The notes under the pieces are model-generated. The model was not told the DNA's origin and made no database searches. It saw nothing but the letters and a program-made list of their open reading frames with translations. 64,000 bases of DNA from Candidatus Daviesbacteria bacterium (lineage in GTDB: Bacteria > Patescibacteriota > Microgenomatia > Daviesbacterales > UBA10151). Below, piece by piece: positions 48,301 through 60,664 of this stretch (the first letter of the stretch is position 1; the number at the start of each line of letters is the position of its first letter). Made by a program: the position numbers and the translations under genes. Where the stretch lies: NCBI GenBank assembly GCA_016187025.1, contig JACPKM010000004.1, positions 163,637-227,636 of the forward strand, written 5' to 3'.

Positions 48301-49195
48301 ATTTTTTCTTAGCAGTTTCAGTCAAAGTCCTAACAAGTTTTGGAAATTTTATTCCAGCTTCTTGGGCAGCTTTAGGAAAAAGGCTTTCTGAAGTTAATCC
48401 TGGGATTGTATTTACTTCTAAAACATATGGTATTCCTTCTGCAACTATGAAATCAATTCTTGAGTACTGTCCTAAATTTAAATCTTTATGTATTTTAAGG
48501 GCTATTTGCTGAACAATCTTACGTGTTTTTGGCAGTATAGACGGAGCATTAGGTATTTCTTGGGTTGCTCCGGAGTATTTATTTTTGTAATCAAACCATT
48601 TTCCTTGGGGCGGAATAATTTCTAGTATTGGCAAAGGTTTATCATTTAATATTCCTACCGTTACCTCTACCCCTCCTAAAAATCTTTCAATAAAAAGCTT
48701 GTATTTTGATTTAAGCAGTGATTGAACAAATACTTTACCTAGATCTTTTTCCGATTCAAGAATAACTACTTCTCTTGATGATCCTCCATTGGAGGTTTTT
48801 AAAACAGATGGAAAACCAAACTTTAAGATATCCTTACTGTTTTTAACTATTCTCCACTCAGAAGTTGAAACATTTTCTTTCCTGCAGAATTTTTTAAATG
48901 GAATTTTATACCAGCCTTTTTTAAACCCTTTCCAACTTCCACCCACAAATGGTTTGTCTAATTTAGAAAGGAACTTTTGAAGTTCTCCCCCCTCCCCTTC
49001 TTCGCCATGTAATGCAGGAAAAAATAAATCAAAATCCTTTGAGATCTTTTTTAGCTGACGGTATCCTTTTTTAAGATCAAAAAGAGTAACATTAAATCCA
49101 TTTTCTTCTAAACCCAACTTAACCTGTTTAGCAGAAATAAGTGATATTTTCCTTTCTGAATTCCTGCTTCCAGTAATTATCAATACTTTTTTCAT
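48293..49195 (-). CDS. ddl: D-alanine--D-alanine ligase
   Basis: SERKISLISA, ALHGEEGEGG, GGSS, DYKNKY, LEVNTIPG. Confidence 0.93.
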   Translation of the reverse strand: MKKVLIITGSRNSERKISLISAKQVKLGLEENGFNVTLFDLKKGYRQLKKISKDFDLFFPALHGEEGEGGELQKFLSKLDKPFVGGSWKGFKKGWYKIPFKKFCRKENVSTSEWRIVKNSKDILKFGFPSVLKTSNGGSSREVVILESEKDLGKVFVQSLLKSKYKLFIERFLGGVEVTVGILNDKPLPILEIIPPQGKWFDYKNKYSGATQEIPNAPSILPKTRKIVQQIALKIHKDLNLGQYSRIDFIVAEGIPYVLEVNTIPGLTSESLFPKAAQEAGIKFPKLVRTLTETAKKKYD

Positions 49196-50502
49196 TTAAA
49201 CATCTGCTCAACTAGCTTATTAAACTTTCTGCCTCTGTCAAACTCATTTTGGAATAGATTGAATGAAGTTGCAGCCGGAGAGAAAAGCACTACATCTCCT
49301 GATTGAACAATTCTTTTTACATCAGTTAGTAATTGTTCAAGGTTATTATAAGTACCCATAATTTTATCTGATCTTTTAGTCAGGCCTTTAATTAACTCAG
49401 TTGAGTCTCCTTCCAAAAAAAACGCTTTTTTGACTTTCTCATCAAAGATTTTTGCATACTCATCATAAGGCATATTTTTGTTCATTCCTCCAGCAATCAA
49501 GATGCAATCAGGATACGACATTAAAGCCTTAATTCCTGCATCTGGTCCTGTAGAGGTTGTATCATTAATTATTTTTACCCCTCGCCAGGTTTTAATTAAC
49601 TGTTGTCTAAACGGCACACCGCTAAAATTTGATAATATTTTTAAAGCGAAAGTTTTACCTATACCAAAGACATCGCTTACTTTTAGTGCAGCCGCAATAT
49701 TGAGAAGATTGTGCTCACCTTTAATATTTGGCTCAAAATCTTGTGGTAAATCATCTAATGAAAAATAGTCAATTTTACCTTTAAAGTTTTCAGTAAACTG
49801 TTTTTTGCTTGTTACTGGGTCATTTCTTCTTAAGAATATAAAGTCATTCTGAGATTGGTATTTTCCAATAACATTTTTTGCTCTTATATATTCATCCATA
49901 GTTTGATAATAATTAAGGTGATCTGGGGTAATATTTGTAATAACAGCCCATTTGGGAGAAACTTGATGCCGATCAAAACTTTCTAAGTTAAAAGACGAAA
50001 GCTCTAAAATAACTATGGTTTCTGGTGTAACCTGATCTATAGTATCCAAAACACTTATTCCTATATTTCCTGCCAGGATAACAGGTAAGTTACTGGAGCT
50101 TAGAGCTTGGTATATTAAAGATGCGGTAGTGGATTTTCCTTTTGTCCCAGTTACCCCTATGATTTGGGAAGGTTTGACATATTCTAAAAATATTCCCATA
50201 TCCATCTCAACTCTTTTACCGATCTTTTTTGAATATTCTATAAACTCATTACCTGGTTTTACAGAAGGGTTTTTAATGATTAAATCCGCCCAATCAATGT
50301 CTTCGTTTCTGTGCTCTCCAAATACATATTCAATATCAGGAAAATCTCTTAGTAGATCAAGCGAAGGTTGAAGTAATTCTTTTGATTTTAGGTCAGTCAC
50401 GCGGACATGTGAGCCATTTTTAGCAAAAAACTTAGCACTCCCTACCCCACCTTGATTTAACCCAAGCCCAAAGATTAATACTTTCTTTTCCTTAAAGTCC
50501 AT
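49192..50502 (-). CDS. murD: UDP-MurNAc-L-Ala--D-Glu ligase
   Basis: GVTGTKGKSTT, ELSSF, NITPDHL, INDT.ST, FSPAATSF...RG. Confidence 0.92.
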   Translation of the reverse strand: MDFKEKKVLIFGLGLNQGGVGSAKFFAKNGSHVRVTDLKSKELLQPSLDLLRDFPDIEYVFGEHRNEDIDWADLIIKNPSVKPGNEFIEYSKKIGKRVEMDMGIFLEYVKPSQIIGVTGTKGKSTTASLIYQALSSSNLPVILAGNIGISVLDTIDQVTPETIVILELSSFNLESFDRHQVSPKWAVITNITPDHLNYYQTMDEYIRAKNVIGKYQSQNDFIFLRRNDPVTSKKQFTENFKGKIDYFSLDDLPQDFEPNIKGEHNLLNIAAALKVSDVFGIGKTFALKILSNFSGVPFRQQLIKTWRGVKIINDTTSTGPDAGIKALMSYPDCILIAGGMNKNMPYDEYAKIFDEKVKKAFFLEGDSTELIKGLTKRSDKIMGTYNNLEQLLTDVKRIVQSGDVVLFSPAATSFNLFQNEFDRGRKFNKLVEQMFK

Positions 50503-51037
50503 TTTCTCTTAGCCTTTCTGATACTTTGTTCACTATCTCTTTTCTTATTTCCACTTGTCCTTCGTCTAACATCTGTGCCCATGTTTTATTAGAGTTTTTA
50601 GGAATAAAGATTGGATCCCATCCAAAGCCGGATGTTCCTTGGGGCTTTTGCGCGATATATCCTTCAACTTTATGGGTAAATAGTTCAAGTGAAGTTCCAT
50701 CATATAAACCAAAGCAGAATTCTGCAATAGCTGTACGATCATCAAGTCCATTTAGTAGTTTACACAATCCCTCGTTTCCGACCTCTTTTAAAAACCATTT
50801 AATTAAAGGTCCAGGTAGTTTACCTAGAGCGTTGAAAATAAGTGAGGTGTCTTCTATTAAGACAGGTTGACCAAGATGGCTAAAAGCTGATTTTGCTTTG
50901 TGCTCGACTATTTCTTCTACATTAAGTGACTGAATTTCTGTTACATCAAGGTCATAGTGTTCTATTGGAAAATCGATATAGTGTGTCAAATCATTAAATT
51001 TATCTTTATTGCCGGTTACAAAAGTAATAGATTTCAT
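50492..51037 (-). CDS. rdgB: HAM1/RdgB non-canonical purine NTP pyrophosphatase
   Basis: FVTGNKDK, EIQS, EDTSL, LPGPLIKWF, FGWDPIF. Confidence 0.88.
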   Translation of the reverse strand: MKSITFVTGNKDKFNDLTHYIDFPIEHYDLDVTEIQSLNVEEIVEHKAKSAFSHLGQPVLIEDTSLIFNALGKLPGPLIKWFLKEVGNEGLCKLLNGLDDRTAIAEFCFGLYDGTSLELFTHKVEGYIAQKPQGTSGFGWDPIFIPKNSNKTWAQMLDEGQVEIRKEIVNKVSERLRENGL

Positions 51038-52308
51038 GATACTAATTTCCTTGCTAAAGTATCTATATCTCCTGCTCCCATGAAAAACAAAATATCACCA
51101 TCTTTTATCTCTTTACCCAAAGTTTCTCTTAACTCCTCAGGATTATTATATTTTATGTGTGATTTATTAATCGCTTGGGCAAGTTGTTCTGACTTCACTA
51201 AACCGTTATCCACTTCTCTGCTTGGATAGATATCCAAAATTACAATACTATCAACTGGTAGAGTTCTAAATACCTTTACAAATTCATTAAATAAAGCTTT
51301 AGTTCTAGAAAACATGTGAGGCTCATAAAATAACCAAATTCTATTTTTAGGAAATTTTTCTCTTGCTGCTTGCATTGTTACCTTAATCTCCGTTGGGTGA
51401 TGACCAAAATCTGAATAAACCTTTGCGCCTCTGTATTCTCCTAGATATTCAAACCTTCTGCCAATACCTTGGAAAGTAGACAGAGTATGGTTTATGGTAG
51501 ATGGTTCAATGTTTAGTAATAAACCAACTTGCTGTACTGCTCTAGCGTTTAAGATATTATAAATACCTGGAATTTTCAGAGTAAACATAAATTCATTTTT
51601 AGAGAAATCAAGACAAGTGATGCTACTTTCTTTCATAACATCTTTTAAAAGGTGGGCTATATTTTCATCCATTAAATTGCCTACAATATAATTTTTAGTC
51701 TGCAGGAAAAACTTTTTGTAAGATTCTTTTAGCTGCTCAAAGCTTTTAAAATATTCTGGATGATCCATTTCTATATTTGTAACAACTGTAATGTCGGGAT
51801 GGTAATTTAAAAAGTTATCATTAAACTCATCTGCTTCTACCACAAAATATTTACCTTCCCCTATTCTAAAGTTTGCACCCCATTCCGGTACGATAGCGCC
51901 TAATTCTACTGTTGGATCAAGGCCTGCTTTTTCAAGCATTAGCCCAATCATAGCAGTGGTGGTGGACTTACCATGTGTGCCGCAAACTGCAATCACAATT
52001 TTACCCTTCATTAAATACTTTCCCATAAACTCCTGCCAGGATAAAATTTGAATCCCCCTTTTTCTTGCTTCTTCTAACTCTGGGTTTTTTGGATCTAAAT
52101 AGGTAATAGCTGGTGTGATGACTAAAAGGCCAATATCTTTTATATGCTCTGGAGAATGACCGCTTTGCAGCATACTTTTGTCAAAACCGGTTGTAAACTC
52201 ATTATGAGGATGTATATCACAGCCTGTTACCTCAAAACCTTGTGATGTTGCAATTGCTGCAGCAGCTGAGGCTCCACTTCCTCCTATACCAAGAAAATGT
52301 ATTTTCAT
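51034..52308 (-). CDS. murC: UDP-MurNAc--L-alanine ligase
   Basis: IHFLGIGGSG, GTHGKSTTT, EADE, NIEMDH, DFGHHPTE, MGAGDI. Confidence 0.9.
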   Translation of the reverse strand: MKIHFLGIGGSGASAAAAIATSQGFEVTGCDIHPHNEFTTGFDKSMLQSGHSPEHIKDIGLLVITPAITYLDPKNPELEEARKRGIQILSWQEFMGKYLMKGKIVIAVCGTHGKSTTTAMIGLMLEKAGLDPTVELGAIVPEWGANFRIGEGKYFVVEADEFNDNFLNYHPDITVVTNIEMDHPEYFKSFEQLKESYKKFFLQTKNYIVGNLMDENIAHLLKDVMKESSITCLDFSKNEFMFTLKIPGIYNILNARAVQQVGLLLNIEPSTINHTLSTFQGIGRRFEYLGEYRGAKVYSDFGHHPTEIKVTMQAAREKFPKNRIWLFYEPHMFSRTKALFNEFVKVFRTLPVDSIVILDIYPSREVDNGLVKSEQLAQAINKSHIKYNNPEELRETLGKEIKDGDILFFMGAGDIDTLARKLVS

Positions 52309-53054
52309 TTTTGCTTCATTAATAAATTCGCTATTTTTAACTCCTCCGGAGTATTAATACCTACCCATTCTGCAGGGTTATCTAGCTTATACAAGCTGAT
52401 TTTGTCCCTATTTTGACGGGCAATTTCTAACAGATCTGTTAATAGATACTCCCCATTTTCGCTCAGTGATACCTTACCAATATTTTCCTTGGTCCAAGCA
52501 AAATCAAAAACGTATGCCCCGCAGCCTATTTCATTGCTTTTTTTACCTGAGTTTATATAACGGAAGTTCTCCACGATCTCTAAAAAGTTTCCGTCTTTAT
52601 CCCTGAATATCTTTGCAACTGTGTTGTCTTCCTTTTTAATTAAAGTCATCATAGTAATGCTTGGCTTGTGTTTCAAATGAGAGCTTATGAATTTAGTTAA
52701 AGTTTGTTTAGAATAAAATACTGAATCATCTGCACCTACTACCAGTATTGCATCCGGTGAGCCTTTTATCTCTTCCAATGCACACTTTACTGCATCAGCT
52801 GTCCCAAGAGGTGTTTGTTGATATACAAAGTTTAGATTAAATTGTTCCTCGATCTGTTTTTTTACTAAATCTCCCTGATATGATATGACAACGTAAATAT
52901 TTTTTGATGAGATAACTTTTGAGAGGTTGTTTATAGAATGAAAAACCATTGGTTTGTCTGCCACAGGATGTAGTACCTTTACAAGGTCGGCTTTCATCCG
53001 GGTTCCCTTTCCAGCAGCCATGATTACCGCAGCAATATTTTGATTTAAACTCAT
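52305..53054 (-). CDS. GlmU-like nucleotidyltransferase (N-terminal domain only)
   Basis: AAGKGTRMK...KVLHPVADKPM, LGTADAV, GEYLLTD, GINT; ends before the hexapeptide acetyltransferase domain. Confidence 0.82.
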   Translation of the reverse strand: MSLNQNIAAVIMAAGKGTRMKADLVKVLHPVADKPMVFHSINNLSKVISSKNIYVVISYQGDLVKKQIEEQFNLNFVYQQTPLGTADAVKCALEEIKGSPDAILVVGADDSVFYSKQTLTKFISSHLKHKPSITMMTLIKKEDNTVAKIFRDKDGNFLEIVENFRYINSGKKSNEIGCGAYVFDFAWTKENIGKVSLSENGEYLLTDLLEIARQNRDKISLYKLDNPAEWVGINTPEELKIANLLMKQK

Positions 53055-53074
53055 TGAAGGAAATTATAGCAAAT

Positions 53075-55087
<2,013 letters not shown>

Positions 55088-55159
55088 TTAGCACATAAAG
55101 CAAGCATTAGCAAATATCTGTGATTAAATTAGGTTGCTCTAACAAGCTAATCAGCTATT

Positions 55160-55798
55160 TCAGGTTGGCAGAACCAAAAAAAGATATTCTAAGACTGCTC
55201 TGATGTTTACATTCGATTCTTTCCATTTTTCAGCCTCCTGTAAATGCTTGAGGAATAAGATAACTTTTTTCTCCTGTGGATTTTTTGCCAATTTTTCATG
55301 AAATATCTCTGTCAAACACAGTAGAATCAGATCCCTTTCTTTGGTTTGTTCTATAAAGGCAAACTGTTCTACCAGAGTAGATGTTAGTATTTTTTCTACC
55401 TCTGCTTTTAACCTTTGCTCTTTTTGTGTTTGGTTAATTTTTAAAAATTCAATTTGACATCTTGATAAAACAGTTGGCAAAAAATTTGATTGACCACGGG
55501 CTCCTATTAAAAAAGATGTATTCTCTGGTAACTCTTCCAAGGTTTTAAGGAGGGCATTTTGAGCCTCAGTAGTAAAATTTTCTCCACCTTCAACAATTAC
55601 TACTTTTCCTTTGGCCTCTAAGGGTTTGGTTGAAAGATGATTTTTAATCTTTTTTGCCTGATCTATGCCAAGTTTTACATCTTTTTCCAAATATAAAATA
55701 TCCGGATGGTTTCTTTTGAGGCCAAGGTCAAGCAGCAGTTTATTAATTTGTTCTTCTAATTGTTGGGGGGATTTAGAAATTAAAACTTTTGCAATCAC
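55160..55798 (-). CDS. holB: DNA polymerase III delta-prime-like protein (short)
   Basis: HPD, EAQNALLKTLEE and LPTVLSRC motifs. Confidence 0.75.
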   Translation of the reverse strand: MIAKVLISKSPQQLEEQINKLLLDLGLKRNHPDILYLEKDVKLGIDQAKKIKNHLSTKPLEAKGKVVIVEGGENFTTEAQNALLKTLEELPENTSFLIGARGQSNFLPTVLSRCQIEFLKINQTQKEQRLKAEVEKILTSTLVEQFAFIEQTKERDLILLCLTEIFHEKLAKNPQEKKVILFLKHLQEAEKWKESNVNIRAVLEYLFLVLPT

Positions 55799-55846
55799 AC
55801 TTAACCCTTTTTAGCACAAATTCCTGGGTAAAACAATAATTTGTAA

Positions 55847-55875
55847 TTGACACTTTGGAAGAGTTTGCCCATAAT
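55847..55875 (+). promoter_or_regulatory. Sigma70-type promoter of the pilus operon
   Basis: TTGACA-N17-CATAAT. Confidence 0.65.
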
Positions 55876-55910
55876 GAAAATAGGTCCTGTTGAATGCAGG
55901 AAATTTGATT

Positions 55911-57629
55911 ATGCTTGATACTACTGCCCAAAAAAATGGTAATACTAGTTTGGAAGATATTTTATTTGAACAGGGATTGCTAACTAAAGACCAGCTGGCC
56001 ACTCTTAAGTTAGAAAGCATTAATTCCGGTCAGCCAGTAGAAAAGATTTTAATCCAGCATAACTTAGTTCCCTATGAAAAGATTATTCAAGCTAAGGCTC
56101 AGCTTTGGAACATTCCCTATGTGAGGCTAGAGGGTAAAGCGATTGCATCTGATGCTTTAAATTTAATACCAGAAGGAGTAGCAAGAAAAAATAAATTAAT
56201 TCCCTTTGGGCGCAGCAACGATCAGTTGTGGGTGGCAATGGCAGATCCACTGGATGTTCAAGTAATTCAGTTTATTGAGAAAAAAAGCGGAATGAGGATA
56301 AAGCCTTTTTTAGGTCTGCCCGAAGATATTGTAAAAGCAATTAATGATCAGTACTCACAAAGCTTAACATCGGATGTAACTTCGGCTTTAAAAGAAGTGG
56401 CCTCAGTGAGACAAGACATACAAACAGAGTTAACTCCGGAAGTAATTAGAGAAGCTCCGGTTTCCAATATTGTTAATCAGTTGGTGGAATATGCAGTAAA
56501 AACCAGGTCATCAGATATTCATATTGAACCCATGGAAGATCATACAAGAGTAAGATACAGAATTGACGGTATCTTACACGAGAAGATTCTTCTTCCCCGG
56601 GGGGTTCATGATGCTTTAGTTTCTAGGGTAAAAATCTTGGCTATATTAAAAATAGATGAAAAAAGACTTCCTCAAGACGGAAGGTTTACTTTTAACTATG
56701 GTAAAGAAGTGATAGATTTGCGTATTTCCATTATACCAACTGTGTTTGGTGAGAAAGTAGTCATGAGGTTATTACCCAAATCCAGCGCTGCTCCGACCCT
56801 AATTGAGCTGGGGCTGCGGGGCTCCTCCTTAAAAAGCTTTGAGGTTCAACTTTTAAGAACCCATGGTATTATCTTAGTCTGTGGTCCGACCGGTTCAGGT
56901 AAAACTACTACTCTTTATTCGGTTTTATCAAAAGTATCTACTACCAAAGTAAATGTTTTGACAATTGAGGATCCAGTTGAGTATCAGATTCCAGGCGTTA
57001 ACCAGGTCCAGGTTAATCCGCCTATCGGACTTACATTTGCTGCAGCTTTAAGAAGTTTTTTACGGCAAGACCCAAATACCATAATGGTTGGAGAGATCCG
57101 GGATACTGAAACAGCTGAGTTGGCTGTTCAGGCAGCATTGACCGGCCACCAGGTATTTTCAACAGTCCACACTAACTCAGCATCAGGAGCTGCCCCAAGA
57201 CTTTTGGATATGGGTGTAGAAACATTTTTACTTACCTCAGCATTAAATGCAGTGTTAGGGCAGCGGGTTGTAAGACAGGTTTGTCTTCATTGCCGTATTG
57301 CGTATGATCCACCCCAGGAAGTTGTTGAAAACGTTAAGTCATCATTGGGCCAGCTATTTCCCGTTAAAAGTGCGGATAACTTTAAGCTTTATAAGGGCCA
57401 GGGATGTAAAGAATGTAATAATGTTGGTTATTTGGGAAGAATTGGGATATTTGAGGTGTTGGTGGTAACTGATAAGTTAGCAAAGCTGATACTACAGCAT
57501 TCCTCAGCATCAGAGATAGAAAAAGAGGCTATTTCAGAGGGTATGATTACAATGAAACAGGATGGTTACTTAAAAGCCCTGGAAGGTATAACCACACTTG
57601 AGGAGGTATTAAGAGTTGCGCAGGATTAA
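55911..57629 (+). CDS. pilB: Type IV pilus assembly ATPase (PilB/GspE)
   Basis: SDIHIEP, RLPQDGR, GPTGSGKTTT, LRQDP, GEIRD, CxxC...CxxC. Confidence 0.93.
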   Translation: MLDTTAQKNGNTSLEDILFEQGLLTKDQLATLKLESINSGQPVEKILIQHNLVPYEKIIQAKAQLWNIPYVRLEGKAIASDALNLIPEGVARKNKLIPFGRSNDQLWVAMADPLDVQVIQFIEKKSGMRIKPFLGLPEDIVKAINDQYSQSLTSDVTSALKEVASVRQDIQTELTPEVIREAPVSNIVNQLVEYAVKTRSSDIHIEPMEDHTRVRYRIDGILHEKILLPRGVHDALVSRVKILAILKIDEKRLPQDGRFTFNYGKEVIDLRISIIPTVFGEKVVMRLLPKSSAAPTLIELGLRGSSLKSFEVQLLRTHGIILVCGPTGSGKTTTLYSVLSKVSTTKVNVLTIEDPVEYQIPGVNQVQVNPPIGLTFAAALRSFLRQDPNTIMVGEIRDTETAELAVQAALTGHQVFSTVHTNSASGAAPRLLDMGVETFLLTSALNAVLGQRVVRQVCLHCRIAYDPPQEVVENVKSSLGQLFPVKSADNFKLYKGQGCKECNNVGYLGRIGIFEVLVVTDKLAKLILQHSSASEIEKEAISEGMITMKQDGYLKALEGITTLEEVLRVAQD

Positions 57630-57632
57630 GCT

Positions 57633-58685
57633 ATGATTATATCTCAGCTACTGGAACTAACGATTGCTAGAAATGCCTCTGACTTGCATCTTTCAGTGGG
57701 TTTTCAACCTACCCTCAGGATACATGGAGACCTTGTTCCTATTCAGGGTACAGAGCCAATTACTCCATCTGTAATAGAGAGCTTGATAATCCCACTTTTA
57801 AACAAAGTGCAACTGGATATATTCAACGAGAAATGGGAGCTTGATTTTTCTTATGCTTTAGGAGATAAGGGTAGATTTAGGATTAATTTATACCGTCAAA
57901 AAGGTAATGCTGCTGCAGCTTTAAGGCTTATTCCTGCTAGAATTCCTCCTTTGGAAGAGTTGGGGTTTCCTGATGTGGTTGCAAAGTTGTCTGATCTTAG
58001 GCAGGGCTTTGTACTTGTAACCGGCCCTACAGGGCATGGAAAGTCCACTACTTTGGCCTCTCTAATAAACAAAATTAACCTAAACCGGGCTGCACATATT
58101 GTAACTATTGAAGATCCAATTGAGTATGTATACCCCATGGGTAAATCTTTGCTGGAACAAAGAGAGATGTTTCTGGATACCAAAAGCTGGAATAATTCTT
58201 TAAGAGCGCTGCTCCGGGAAGATCCGGATGTGGTATTGGTTGGTGAGATGAGGGATTTGGAGACTATTTCTTCAGCTATAACCGTAGCAGAAACCGGACA
58301 TTTGGTTTTTGCCACCCTGCATACAAACTCTGCTGCCCAATCTGTTGACAGGGTGATTGATGTATTTCCGGAAGCACAACAACCGCAAATACGCTTACAG
58401 CTGGCATCAAACCTGGAAGCAATCATCTCTTTAAGGCTTGTACCAACAATTAATCCAGGCAGGACAATTGCCAATGAGATACTTTTTGCCACCCCTGCTG
58501 TAAGAAATATCATCAGAGAGGGAAAAACTTATATGATTGACAATTTAATTCAAACCTCAGCAGAGTTAGGAATGATTTCTTTGGAAAGCTCTTTGGCCAA
58601 CTTAGTCAAAACAGGAAAAATTTCCACTGAGACTGCAACATCTTTTGCGCTGCGTCCTGATGTGTTAGCTAAATTACTCAAATAA
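57633..58685 (+). CDS. pilT: Type IV pilus retraction ATPase
   Basis: GPTGHGKSTT, EDPIE, LREDPD, GEMRD, TLHT, AVRNIIRE. Confidence 0.94.
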   Translation: MIISQLLELTIARNASDLHLSVGFQPTLRIHGDLVPIQGTEPITPSVIESLIIPLLNKVQLDIFNEKWELDFSYALGDKGRFRINLYRQKGNAAAALRLIPARIPPLEELGFPDVVAKLSDLRQGFVLVTGPTGHGKSTTLASLINKINLNRAAHIVTIEDPIEYVYPMGKSLLEQREMFLDTKSWNNSLRALLREDPDVVLVGEMRDLETISSAITVAETGHLVFATLHTNSAAQSVDRVIDVFPEAQQPQIRLQLASNLEAIISLRLVPTINPGRTIANEILFATPAVRNIIREGKTYMIDNLIQTSAELGMISLESSLANLVKTGKISTETATSFALRPDVLAKLLK

Positions 58686-58694
58686 CTTATTTAT

Positions 58695-59897
58695 ATGGCT
58701 GAATATACATATAAAGCAAAGGATTTAAAAGGGGTTGAGCATATTGGTGAGATAAAGGCTTCTGACCAGCATATGGCAGCATTGGTCCTTCGTAAGAGAG
58801 GCTTGGTTGTAATCACTCTTTCATCCGGTAAAACGTCTACACTGGGTTTTTTAGATCAATTCTTTAACAAAGTGAGTTTTACGGAGTTAGTGGTAATGAC
58901 CAGGCAGCTTGCTACGATGGTAAGTTCAGGATTGGTACTGTCACAAGCAATAGATATATTAGAAGAACAGCAAACAAATAAAAGATTAAAAAAAATTCTG
59001 GGGGAGATGTCTCAAGACATTAAAGGAGGGTTAAGTTTGGCTCAATCTATGGGTAAATTCCCGGAAGTTTTTCCACACTTGTATATAAATTTAATCAAAA
59101 GCGGAGAAACATCCGGAAAACTGGATAAAGTTTTGATGCAAATGGCTGATGGTTTGGAGAAGGACCGTGAGTTTAAAGCCAGGATCAAGGGGGCGCTAAT
59201 TTATCCGGTGATAGTTATTTCGATGATGGTTGTAGTAATGATTATTATGATGGTGTTTGTTATCCCCAGGTTAACAAATTTGTATGAGCAGTCGGAGATG
59301 GAGTTGCCTTTGCCAACTAAAATACTAATTGGGGTATCTAACCTTTTTCTTAATTACTGGTGGTTGATGATAGCTATAGTTATCGGTGGTGTGATTGGAA
59401 TAAACCGCTGGTCAAAAACCCCTGATGGGCAGGTTAGGTTAGACAGTCTCAAATTAAAGATTCCGGTTGCAGGAAAAATTATTGCCTATTCTATTTTGAC
59501 CAACTTTAACCGGACTTTTGGGCTGTTAGTTTCTGCCGGTATTCCTTTACTTGAGGCTATTGGAATAGTTACAGAACAAATTGATAATTCAGTGTATAAA
59601 ACTTCTCTTAAAAATGCCTATAAAGGGGTTGAAAGAGGCCTTGCTTTTTCATCCTTACTACAGGATAACGTTTTCCCCCGCCTTATCCCGCAGATGATCA
59701 AAGTTGGTGAAGAAACAGGTAAAGTGGATGAAATTTTTTTCAAACTGGCTGATTATTTTGAATCAGAAACAGACCATTTGGTAAAAAATCTGACAGTTGC
59801 AATTGAACCGGTAGTATTGGTAATTTTGGGAATTGGAGTAGGATTTGTGGTGATGTCTATTATCTTGCCTATCTACAAATTGACTACATCTTTTTAA
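58695..59897 (+). CDS. pilC: Type IV pilus platform protein (PilC/GspF)
   Basis: TRQLATM, GETSGKLD, ALIYP, VGEETG, IEP...PIY. Confidence 0.93.
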   Translation: MAEYTYKAKDLKGVEHIGEIKASDQHMAALVLRKRGLVVITLSSGKTSTLGFLDQFFNKVSFTELVVMTRQLATMVSSGLVLSQAIDILEEQQTNKRLKKILGEMSQDIKGGLSLAQSMGKFPEVFPHLYINLIKSGETSGKLDKVLMQMADGLEKDREFKARIKGALIYPVIVISMMVVVMIIMMVFVIPRLTNLYEQSEMELPLPTKILIGVSNLFLNYWWLMIAIVIGGVIGINRWSKTPDGQVRLDSLKLKIPVAGKIIAYSILTNFNRTFGLLVSAGIPLLEAIGIVTEQIDNSVYKTSLKNAYKGVERGLAFSSLLQDNVFPRLIPQMIKVGEETGKVDEIFFKLADYFESETDHLVKNLTVAIEPVVLVILGIGVGFVVMSIILPIYKLTTSF

Positions 59898-59950
59898 AAG
59901 ACAATCTCATTTGACATAAATTAGTAAAAAGTGGTTTAGTTAAATTAGCT

Positions 59951-60625
59951 ATGACAAAGATACAAAAAAGGTTACTCATAATTTTTTTGCTGCTGCCGGT
60001 TATAGTTGTTGCGGGTGCTTTCATTTACACCCTATGGCAGGATTACTTTCCCGGTGAGCAAAAGCTGAAGACTACAGAGGCTAAACCTCAACAATCTTTA
60101 AGGTTTCCTGTTACCTATTCTTCTATAATACCAGGGTGGAATCTGTTATCGACCCTCTCCAATGACAAAGATAGTAATAACTATCAGAATATTAAAAATG
60201 CACATCAGGAATTTGAACAAATCCTAGCCTCCTGGGGCCTGTGGAATCAAGATGCTGTTTATACTAACTCCGGCTCTTCCCCTGTTACGGTAAAGAGTTT
60301 AGAGATTAAAGCAGTTACAGAGCCAAAACACTTATTCCGGTCTTTTAACAAGGACCAAGTTCTTGAAGCAGCAGTAAGTGAAGAATATGATTTATCCAGC
60401 CAGAAACTGACCCTGTTACTATTTGTTTCACCTACGCTTCTGGAAGGTGACTTTGAGGGACAGGGAGGAATGCTTTCTGCAAAGATCAACAAGATAACCC
60501 TGGCAAGGCTTTATCAGCTGACCCATAAAGATATCTCCGAAGAGCAGGCTTTGCCAACAGCAGAAAACTTAATGTTAAATAAGTTGGCCAGACAGCAACT
60601 GTTTTATCTGGTCAGAAGAAACTAA
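59951..60625 (+). CDS. Membrane-anchored hypothetical protein
   Basis: N-terminal TM, 224 aa. Confidence 0.65.
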   Translation: MTKIQKRLLIIFLLLPVIVVAGAFIYTLWQDYFPGEQKLKTTEAKPQQSLRFPVTYSSIIPGWNLLSTLSNDKDSNNYQNIKNAHQEFEQILASWGLWNQDAVYTNSGSSPVTVKSLEIKAVTEPKHLFRSFNKDQVLEAAVSEEYDLSSQKLTLLLFVSPTLLEGDFEGQGGMLSAKINKITLARLYQLTHKDISEEQALPTAENLMLNKLARQQLFYLVRRN

Positions 60626-60664
60626 TAATTGACTGCAAGATCGGTTCAGGAATACAATGAACAC

